This document shows, one piece after another, positions 9,970-17,841 of a DNA stretch of 40,920 bases (positions are counted from its first letter, which is position 1; each line of letters starts with the position of its first letter). This stretch comes from an uncultured Polaromonas sp. GTDB taxonomy: Bacteria; Pseudomonadota; Gammaproteobacteria; Burkholderiales; Burkholderiaceae_C. The notes under the pieces are model-generated. The model ran no database searches, had not been told where the DNA came from, and saw nothing but the letters and a program-made list of their open reading frames with translations. The position numbers were made by a program, and so were the translations under genes. Location: positions 8,871 to 49,790 of the forward strand of contig CAZWDK010000002.1 of assembly GCA_964633095.1 (NCBI GenBank), read 5' to 3'.

Positions 9970-10596
9970 CTACAAATTTCGCAGCAAGTTAGCCAGCTCC
10001 ACCGCCGACTTGACCCCCATTTTGTCAAACACCCGGGCGCGGTGCACCTCCACCGTGCGCACACTGATGTCGAGCTGGTCGGCGACCAGCTTGTTGGGCA
10101 GGCCGCCCACCACCAGCCGCATCACATCGCGTTCGCGCTCGGTCAGCCCCTCCAGCCGCGCCTGCAGGCTGATGGACTGCCCATGCAGGGCCAGCGCGGC
10201 GGCGGACCGGGCCAGCGCCTGCTCGATCCGGTCTACCAGCGCATTGTCCGAAAACGGCTTCTCGCAGAAATCAAAGGCGCCGCGCTTGACGGCATCGACG
10301 GCGGTCGGCACATCGGCATGGCCGGTCAGGAAAATCACCGGCAGCGTGGGCAGCAGGCCGTAGCCGATCAGCTTGTCAAACATGGCCAGGCCGCTCAGGC
10401 CCGCCATCCGCACATCAAGCAGGACGCAGGACGGCGAACGGACCTCAAACTGCTGCGCCAGCCGGGCATCGAAGGCCTCGGCGCTGTCAAAACTCTCGCT
10501 GAGCAAACGGCGTGAGCGCAGCAGCCAGGCCAGCGCCTCGCGCACGCTGGCATCGTCGTCCACGATGTACACCGTGGCATGTTGAATCGGTTCCAT
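9970..10596 (-). CDS. FixJ/LuxR-family response regulator (DctR-like)
   Basis: IVDDD, LLDVRM, FLTGH, EKP receiver motifs; LTERERDV...NKLVADQLDISVRTVEVHRARVFDKM HTH. Confidence 0.93.
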   Translation of the reverse strand: MEPIQHATVYIVDDDASVREALAWLLRSRRLLSESFDSAEAFDARLAQQFEVRSPSCVLLDVRMAGLSGLAMFDKLIGYGLLPTLPVIFLTGHADVPTAVDAVKRGAFDFCEKPFSDNALVDRIEQALARSAAALALHGQSISLQARLEGLTERERDVMRLVVGGLPNKLVADQLDISVRTVEVHRARVFDKMGVKSAVELANLLRNL

Positions 10597-10607
10597 GGCT
10601 TTCTTTC

Positions 10608-12737
10608 TTAAATCATCGGTGGCTCATCCCGAGCGGCCCGGCCGGCCCGGGCCACAGCCACCGGCAGGGTAAAGCTGAAAACCGTCCCATGCGGCAGGGC
10701 GGCCTCAAAACCCAGAAAGCCGCCGTGCTGTTCTACCACGGTGCGGCACAGGTTCAGGCCCAGGCCCATGCCCTCCACCTTGGTGGTGAAAAAGGGCGTG
10801 AAGAGCTGTTCGGCGACCTCGTCGGAAATGCCCGCGCCGCAATCGATCACGGAAAACTCCACCCAGCGGCGATGCGCATTGGAGGCCGCCGGCCGGATCC
10901 GCAGCGTCAGCCGTTTTTCGCGCGGGCCCGGTGACGGCCCCGACGCCGGCGTTTCATCGAGGTTCTGCATGGCCTGCATGCCGTTGCGCGAGAGGTTGAG
11001 CAGCACCTGCTCGACCATGGTGCGGTCGCACAGCACGGGCTCGCAGGCCTTGTCGAGTTCAAGCGCCACACGCACGCCGAGCTTGCGCGCCTGCAGGCTG
11101 ACCAGCGGCATGATCGCATCGAGCAGGGCGCGCGGCGCCACCGCCTCGCGCACCCGCTCGCGCCGCCGCACCACGTCGTGCACGCTTTTGATCACCTTGC
11201 CGGCGCGCTCGGCCTGCTCGGCAATGCGGCGCATGGCCAGCTGCAGCTCTTCCGACAGCGGCTGCAGCGGATGGGCCGCGTCCAGTTGGCCGCGGCAAGC
11301 CTGCGCCGCCGCACCCAGCTCATCCTGCAGCAGATTGAGCGAGCCGGTGGCATAGCTTGAAATCGCCGCCAGCGGCTGGTTCAGCTCATGGCTGAGCAAG
11401 GAGGCCATTTCCCCCACCATGGCCAGCCTGGCCGTGGCCTGCAGGCGCTCCTGGCTGGCCCGCGACAGCTCCTCATTGCGGCGCTGCTCGCTGACATCGA
11501 GGATCGCGCTGACCCAGCCGGTGTGTTTGCCGACCGCGTTGATCAGCGGCGCCTCCATGATCAGCACCGGAAACCGTGTGCCGTCGCGCCGCATGAACAC
11601 CGACTCATGGCCCTCGCGCGGCAGGCTGTTGCCCGCCAGGCGGATTTCCTGGCGCTGCTGGTACATGTCCGCCAGCTCCGGCGGCCAATACGATGAAGGA
11701 AAGCTCTGGTTGAGCAACTCGCTGGCCTCCACCCCCAGCATCTTGCAAAACGCCGGATTGACATAGGTGATGCGCCCCTGCAGATCGCGCGCGCGCAGGC
11801 CCGTCGACACCGAGTCTTCCACGGCCTTGCGAAGCGCCAGCGCCTCCCCCAGGTCGTGCTCCACCTTCAGCCGCCGCCGCATGTCGCGGGCCAGCAAGAA
11901 AAGCACGGCCAGCAGGGCCAGCGACAGGGCGGCCACCAGCGCTGTCAGGACATTGGGAAACAGCGCCGGCGTGCCCAGCCGGTTTTCCATCCGCACGACC
12001 AGCGTGTTGCCCGGCAAATCCAGCAGTTGCTGCGCAATGTAGACGCGGCTGCCGCGCGCAGGCACGCCATGCAGCGCCAGCCGCGTGCCATCGGCTTCCG
12101 TGAACGACAGGCCGACGCCACGGGCGAGTTGCCGGCCCACCAGTTCAGCCAGGATGTCCTGCAGGGAATAGGTGGCCACGGTGTAACCCGCCAGACGGCC
12201 CGCCACCACAATCGGCAGGCACATGTCCAGCACCTCCATGCCCAGGCCGTCGGGCTGGGGCATGAAATAACTGGTGGAATAGGCCGCCCCGCTCAGGCGG
12301 GCGGCGGTGCTGCAGGTCAGGCTGACATCGGCCTGCAGGCTGCCCCGCCCCAGCCGCTCGAAAACCGGGGTGCGGTAAGGTGTCTCGACAAATCCGAGCA
12401 CCTCCAGCGCCTCGTTGCGCCATTCCAGCCGCATGATTTCGCGGTGCTCGCGCAGCAGCTCGGCGGCCGGCGCATGCCAGCTTTCCGGCGTCCTGTCGCC
12501 GGCCTGCAAGGCCTGGAAAGACTGGATGTTGCGGGTCAGCCCGGAGCGAATGTCGGCGACGGTTTCCGCCGCGTTGTGCTCCAGCCGGCCCTGCACCTGG
12601 CTGGACTCATAGCGGCCGGCCAGCCAGACCAGCATCACCAGCAAGGCCAGCACCAGCGCCATCAGCAAGACCCAGAGCAGCCAGCGCCGGCTGGCCCAGC
12701 GGTCGCCGGTCATATGCAGAAACTTCACGCCCGGCAC
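10608..12737 (-). CDS. PAS-domain sensor histidine kinase (DctS-like)
   Basis: Two TM segments, PAS (ITYVNPAFCKMLG), H-box SHELNQPL, N-box EQVLLNLSRNG, DCGAGI, FTPFFTTK, GMGLGL; start could be ATG 12713. Confidence 0.92.
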   Translation of the reverse strand: MPGVKFLHMTGDRWASRRWLLWVLLMALVLALLVMLVWLAGRYESSQVQGRLEHNAAETVADIRSGLTRNIQSFQALQAGDRTPESWHAPAAELLREHREIMRLEWRNEALEVLGFVETPYRTPVFERLGRGSLQADVSLTCSTAARLSGAAYSTSYFMPQPDGLGMEVLDMCLPIVVAGRLAGYTVATYSLQDILAELVGRQLARGVGLSFTEADGTRLALHGVPARGSRVYIAQQLLDLPGNTLVVRMENRLGTPALFPNVLTALVAALSLALLAVLFLLARDMRRRLKVEHDLGEALALRKAVEDSVSTGLRARDLQGRITYVNPAFCKMLGVEASELLNQSFPSSYWPPELADMYQQRQEIRLAGNSLPREGHESVFMRRDGTRFPVLIMEAPLINAVGKHTGWVSAILDVSEQRRNEELSRASQERLQATARLAMVGEMASLLSHELNQPLAAISSYATGSLNLLQDELGAAAQACRGQLDAAHPLQPLSEELQLAMRRIAEQAERAGKVIKSVHDVVRRRERVREAVAPRALLDAIMPLVSLQARKLGVRVALELDKACEPVLCDRTMVEQVLLNLSRNGMQAMQNLDETPASGPSPGPREKRLTLRIRPAASNAHRRWVEFSVIDCGAGISDEVAEQLFTPFFTTKVEGMGLGLNLCRTVVEQHGGFLGFEAALPHGTVFSFTLPVAVARAGRAARDEPPMI

Positions 12738-12738
12738 C

Positions 12739-13545
12739 TCACAGCACGCGATGGCTCAGGGCCGGCAAACGGCTGCGCACGCGCTGCAGCTGGCTGGCCA
12801 GGACTTCGGCCATGACCAGCCCGGCGCCCTCGGCCTGCTGGCCCAGCACCTGGCCCCAGGGCTCCACCACCATGCTGTGGCCCCAGGTGCGGCGCCCGTT
12901 GTCATGCAGGCCGCCCTGGGCGGCCGCCACCACATAGGCCAGGTTCTCGATGGCGCGGGCGCGCAGCAGCAACTCCCAATGCGCCTGGCCGGTGATGTAG
13001 GTGAAGGCGCTGGGCACCAGCAGCACATCGGCCTTCAGCGCGCGGTAAAGCTCGGGGAAGCGCAGGTCGTAACAAACGCTCATGCCCAGGGTGTAGACAT
13101 GGCCATCCCGCGATGGCAGTTCAAAACTGACCGGCCGCGTGCCGGGCTCCAGCACGCGGGTTTCGTCGTAGTCTTCATTGCCCTGCGCAAACCGGAACAA
13201 ATGCATCTTGTCGTAGCGCGCCACGCACTGGCCCGAGGGTGCGTAGGCCAGCGAACTGTTGCGCGCACGGCTGGCGTCAGCGGTCGCCACCGGCAGCGTG
13301 CCGCCGACAATCCACAGCCCCAGTTCACGCGCCGAATGGCTCAGGAAATCCTGGATCAGGCCCTGACCGGCCGTCTCCTGGACCTTCAATTTGTCGCTGT
13401 CCTTCCAGCCCATGACGCAAAAATATTCGGGCAGCACCGCCAGCTCGGCGCCTTGCGCCGCCGCGTCCCTGAGCAGCTGCGCGGCAGCGTCCAGATTGGC
13501 CTGGACCTCGGCCCCTGAAACCATTTGAATGGCGGCTACTTTCAT
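12739..13545 (-). CDS. Carbon-nitrogen hydrolase (Nit1/deaminated-glutathione amidase-like)
   Basis: Catalytic triad motifs [21 protein letters not shown]; PSAFT, RARAIEN; follows yhdP. Confidence 0.92.
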   Translation of the reverse strand: MKVAAIQMVSGAEVQANLDAAAQLLRDAAAQGAELAVLPEYFCVMGWKDSDKLKVQETAGQGLIQDFLSHSARELGLWIVGGTLPVATADASRARNSSLAYAPSGQCVARYDKMHLFRFAQGNEDYDETRVLEPGTRPVSFELPSRDGHVYTLGMSVCYDLRFPELYRALKADVLLVPSAFTYITGQAHWELLLRARAIENLAYVVAAAQGGLHDNGRRTWGHSMVVEPWGQVLGQQAEGAGLVMAEVLASQLQRVRSRLPALSHRVL

Positions 13546-13550
13546 GTTGC

Positions 13551-16500
13551 TTAGCGCGTCTCCATGGAAATATCGCCCGTCTTGCTGCTGGCGGCGGCCC
13601 TGCGGTCGATTTTGGTGATTTTCGGGTCGGACCAGGTGCCGTCGATATGAAACTCCTGCGTGGCCGCCTCGATCAGGGGTTTTCGCAAAAAGACCTGCGC
13701 CAGAAAACTGCCCAGACCAACGGCCGGGTTGATGACCGTGGCAATCAGCGAGGCGGTACCGGCATTGATTTCAGGCACCACCACCACCTTGATGTTTTGC
13801 GTTTCACGGGCAATGTCGGCACTGCCCTCCATCAGCACGGCGGCGTTGACGCCGCGCATCTGCAGGTTGTTGGTGTGCGCCAGCCCCTGGTTGATGTTGA
13901 CATCGCCGCGCACAAAGTCAAAGGCAAAGCCCTCGGAAAACACATCGCGGAAATCCAGCGTCAGGCGCCGCGGCAAGGACTGCAGGCTCAGCACGCCCAG
14001 CAGCTTGGCGATGCCGGGGTCGGCCTTGACAAACTGCCCCGACTCGACGTTGACGTTGAACTGCCCGCTCAGGGTCGGATGGTCCAGGCTCAGGGGCGAG
14101 CCCATCCAGGCCACCTGCCCTTCCAGCTTGCCCTTGCCGCGGCGAATCACGCCGGGCATGCCGAAACGCTTCAGCAATTCACCGGAATCGGCGATGTCGA
14201 GCTTGAAATTCAGCAGCGTGCGGCGGCGCTCAATGCCCGAGCGCGTCGCGGCCGCACCGGCAGGCGCCAGCGCATTCACCGCCACCCAGTTGCCGGCGGC
14301 CGTCAGCACGGCTTCGGGCAGGATCACATTGAACTTGTTCAGCCGCCACTCGCGCAGGCCCTCCCGAAAGGCGGCCGATGCGCCCCGGTTGACGGCGTCT
14401 ATTTCAACGCGGCCCAGCTTCTTGCCACGCAACTCCAGGTCCTCCACCACAATGTCCAGCGCCGGGATGCTGGCCGGCTGCTCATTCAGGATGGCTTCCA
14501 CATCGCTGGCCGTGCTGGGCGCCAGGCTCAGCCGTGACAGCCGCGCGTAGACACGACCGGCCCCCTGGCTGCCGGGCTGGCGAAATTCAACATAGCCATT
14601 GAGCTCGGCCGCATCGATATTGGTGCGCCAGTTCAAACCCTCGCGCGAGCCCCCCACCACCACCTGGTTGAGTGTGCGCCCTTCCACCCGCAGCTCCTTG
14701 GCCCGTATCGCCATCACCGTGGGCAGGTAGCCGAGCTCCTCGCTGGCGGCGGCACGCTGAACGGCCGCGCCGGCCGGCGGGGCCGCTGCGGTCGCCGCCG
14801 GCGCGGCGGCAAGGATTTTTTCCCAGGCATCCAGGTCGACCCGGGCCAGCTTGATGTTGGCCGCCACGCCGCTTTCCAGCACCGGCACGGTTTCACCGTC
14901 CTCCAGCCCGACGCCTATGCTGCCGCGGATCACGCGGGGTTCAGCAGCGCTCACGTCACGCAGGTAATTGATGGCGGCCACCCGCCCTATGCTGAGCTGC
15001 AACTGGTCCTGCAGCTTCTGCCCCGGACCCATGGTGCCCGCCAACAGGGCATTTTCAAAACGAATCGGCAGCGCCGCCTCGGCCGTTTTGCCCAGCGGGG
15101 CGGGCAAATTCAGGGCCAGGCCCTGCAGGCTGCTGGAGACCATGAACTCGGTCACCCCGCGCCTGAAGCCCAGCGAGGCCGTGTAGGCGCTGCTGCCGCT
15201 GGCGTGTTGCGCCACGCGTGCGACCAGGCCCAGCTCTTGGGCCTGGCGCAGCCCTTCCGCCGTCAGCGTGCCCTGGGCCTTGAAGGCGATGCCGCTGTCC
15301 GCTGCCGCCGGGCTGCCCGGCGCCGCGCGGGGCCCCGGGCGCATGCCGCCGTCAAAGCGGATGTCACCGCCCAGCAGCTGCGCCTGGGCCCCCGTGACCG
15401 TGAAGCCCCGTTCGCTCACGCTCACCACGCCCTTGAGTTTGCTCAGCTGGGGCGTGGCCGGTGCGAACTGCACGTCATTGCCGGGCAGGGTGATGCTGCC
15501 CTCCACCCGGGATTTGTCGATCGCATGAATCGGCAATACCAGGCGAAAGCGGTAGTCCCCGGTGCCGCTGGCCACGGCCTTGGCCAGCGCCCGGTTGGTC
15601 ATGCCGCCCACCGGCGAGGTATTGACAAAGCCCAGTGCGTCGGCCAGCGCCCCTTTCAGTTCAAGCCCCACTTCCACCGTGGCATCGTGGGTCAGGTCGG
15701 GAATGCGTGCATTGGCCTTGACCAGTTGCAGCCCGGGCAGGCCGGCCACCTTGGCGCTGGCACCGTTGACCTCCAGCGAGGCGCGGTGAAAGACCAGCTC
15801 GCCATCGAGATCGGTCAGGGCCGGCCAGGCCGCCGCGTCATTCGGTTGAATGGATTTGGGCACATAGGCAAACTGCCCCTTGTGCACCTTGGCCGACACC
15901 CGGAACTCGCCCTGCGCCGGGTTGCTGAACGGCAGGTGGTTGACGGGCCCCTTGACCTTGAATTTCACGTCGCTGACCTGGCCCTGCTGCACCGCGTCAC
16001 GCACATAGTGGCGCACGGCGTCCGGCAGCACCAGCGGCAAATAGCGGTGCACCTTGGTGCCGTCGCCCCGGCTCAGGCTGCCCTGCAAATCCAGCACGCC
16101 GGGAAAGCGGCCATCGGAGGCGTTGCCGTCCCCGTCGGCGCCGGGTGCCGCCTCTTCGGTGCGCCAGCTCAGCTGCGCTTCACCCTGCGCATCGGCATTG
16201 GCAAACTGCAGGTTGCGCAATTTCGCCTCAATTTTCCGTCCCGACAGCTTCCAGCTCGCCTCCACCGACAGCTGGTCCAGCGCCAGCTGCGGCGCCTCGA
16301 AAACCCCCGGCAGATCAAGCCCGCCCTTGACGATGTTCACTTTCGCCTGGCCGCCCTCGTGCGTGAGGTCAAAGTCAATGGTGGCGCCGCTGACGCCGGG
16401 CCGTCCCGGTGTTTCGTGCGTGACACCGCCCAGGCTCACCCCGGGCGCAGCCAGCGCCGCCAGACTCAGCCCGGCGACGCGGCCTTTTGCGGCAAAGCTG

Positions 16501-17771
16501 GCGGGCCCTGCCAGCGGGCCCTGCCAGCGGGCCTCGACGGTTTCCACCAGGCCCCGGGGCGCGAAGGAGTCGATCAGCGCGTGCGTGCCACTGTCCAGCG
16601 GCAGGCGGTTGGCGATCTGGGCCAGCGCGGCCAGGTCGAGCTTGTTGGCCTTGAGTTCGCTGTGCTGCAGCGTGCGCCCTTGCGCGCGGGTGTGCGCCAG
16701 CGCCACATTGCCGCCCGGCCACTGCAGGCCATCCCGGGTGCGAAAACGCAGGCCCTCGGTGCTGAGGTCAAATCCGTTGGCGCGCTGCCCACCGCCTATG
16801 CGCCCCGCCACGCTGTCGAATGCCAGCGGCGCCAGCTTGCTGCCGAATCGGGCCTCCAGGTTCTGCAGGACCACATCGGCCGTTCCGCCGATGGGCTCGC
16901 CCTTGTTGACATCGACCCAGGCGCGCAGCGCCCCGTTGCCACTGATCAGCTCCACGCCCAGCGAGTCCAGGCTGGCGTATTGCCTGATGCGGGACATGTC
17001 GGTGCGGCCCAGCTCGGCATACAACTGCCCGCTCCAGGCGGCAAAGTCACCGGCCTTGCGCGACAGCAGTGACTGCCTGAAAGTCCCCCTGAGCGTGAAA
17101 CGCTCACCCCATTCAGGCGGCGGCGTGGCATCCAGGCGCATCAGGTGGCGGCGATGGGCATTGCGCAGAACGAAGTCCACCTGCGTCAGCGCCAGCGGGG
17201 GGGCCTGGCGCAAGCCATCGGTCCAGCGCAGCGTGCCGCCGCGTATGACGACTTCGGTCTGCGAGAAAAACCAGTCGGCCACCGCACGGTGGCCAACACC
17301 CCGGCCCTGCGAGACATCGAGCCCGCCCACATAGATTTTGCCGTCGGCGGCGCGCTGGATGTCGAGCACGGGCTTGTCGATATACAGCTGCTCAAAGCCC
17401 AGCCCCAGCAGCGACGAGGGCGACAGCGCGCCGAGCAGGCGCGGCAGGCGCAGGGCCTCGCGCCCCTGCGCGTCCAGCAGCGTCACGTCGTTGAGCTCAA
17501 AAGAGGGAATCAGGCCCTGCGACTGCGCGCTGATGCGGCCAATGCGAACCGGCACCCCCAGGGCCTTGCTGGCCTCTGCCTCCAGCCGCGGACGGTAGTC
17601 CCCGATTCGCGGCACAATCCAGCCATGCAGCACGAACCAGCTCAGACCAAAGAGCAGCCAGGCCGTCACCACCAGCCCCAGCAGGATGCGCGCGACAACA
17701 GCAATCCCCCTGAGGCGTCGAGACGGCAAGGCGGACAGGTTGGCTGACGCTGAAGGAATGGTTGACTCCAT
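13551..17771 (-). CDS. yhdP: YhdP family AsmA-like phospholipid transport protein
   Basis: ~1400 aa, N-terminal TM, C-terminal SLQSLPRRLTLDFRDVFSEGFAFD motif; divergent from glnE and upstream of the nitrilase-family gene; start placed at MESTIP. Confidence 0.9.
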   Translation of the reverse strand: MESTIPSASANLSALPSRRLRGIAVVARILLGLVVTAWLLFGLSWFVLHGWIVPRIGDYRPRLEAEASKALGVPVRIGRISAQSQGLIPSFELNDVTLLDAQGREALRLPRLLGALSPSSLLGLGFEQLYIDKPVLDIQRAADGKIYVGGLDVSQGRGVGHRAVADWFFSQTEVVIRGGTLRWTDGLRQAPPLALTQVDFVLRNAHRRHLMRLDATPPPEWGERFTLRGTFRQSLLSRKAGDFAAWSGQLYAELGRTDMSRIRQYASLDSLGVELISGNGALRAWVDVNKGEPIGGTADVVLQNLEARFGSKLAPLAFDSVAGRIGGGQRANGFDLSTEGLRFRTRDGLQWPGGNVALAHTRAQGRTLQHSELKANKLDLAALAQIANRLPLDSGTHALIDSFAPRGLVETVEARWQGPLAGPASFAAKGRVAGLSLAALAAPGVSLGGVTHETPGRPGVSGATIDFDLTHEGGQAKVNIVKGGLDLPGVFEAPQLALDQLSVEASWKLSGRKIEAKLRNLQFANADAQGEAQLSWRTEEAAPGADGDGNASDGRFPGVLDLQGSLSRGDGTKVHRYLPLVLPDAVRHYVRDAVQQGQVSDVKFKVKGPVNHLPFSNPAQGEFRVSAKVHKGQFAYVPKSIQPNDAAAWPALTDLDGELVFHRASLEVNGASAKVAGLPGLQLVKANARIPDLTHDATVEVGLELKGALADALGFVNTSPVGGMTNRALAKAVASGTGDYRFRLVLPIHAIDKSRVEGSITLPGNDVQFAPATPQLSKLKGVVSVSERGFTVTGAQAQLLGGDIRFDGGMRPGPRAAPGSPAAADSGIAFKAQGTLTAEGLRQAQELGLVARVAQHASGSSAYTASLGFRRGVTEFMVSSSLQGLALNLPAPLGKTAEAALPIRFENALLAGTMGPGQKLQDQLQLSIGRVAAINYLRDVSAAEPRVIRGSIGVGLEDGETVPVLESGVAANIKLARVDLDAWEKILAAAPAATAAAPPAGAAVQRAAASEELGYLPTVMAIRAKELRVEGRTLNQVVVGGSREGLNWRTNIDAAELNGYVEFRQPGSQGAGRVYARLSRLSLAPSTASDVEAILNEQPASIPALDIVVEDLELRGKKLGRVEIDAVNRGASAAFREGLREWRLNKFNVILPEAVLTAAGNWVAVNALAPAGAAATRSGIERRRTLLNFKLDIADSGELLKRFGMPGVIRRGKGKLEGQVAWMGSPLSLDHPTLSGQFNVNVESGQFVKADPGIAKLLGVLSLQSLPRRLTLDFRDVFSEGFAFDFVRGDVNINQGLAHTNNLQMRGVNAAVLMEGSADIARETQNIKVVVVPEINAGTASLIATVINPAVGLGSFLAQVFLRKPLIEAATQEFHIDGTWSDPKITKIDRRAAASSKTGDISMETR

Positions 17772-17841
17772 TAACCTGAGAATTATCGCCGCCAGCGCCA
17801 GGGTTCGCCCGGTGTAAACCCATGAAGTTTTGTGAAGTAGT

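Noticed and set aside
11240-11330. Apparent insertion in the kinase HisKA region
   Set aside because: No similarity to the repeats; variable helical-hairpin loop.
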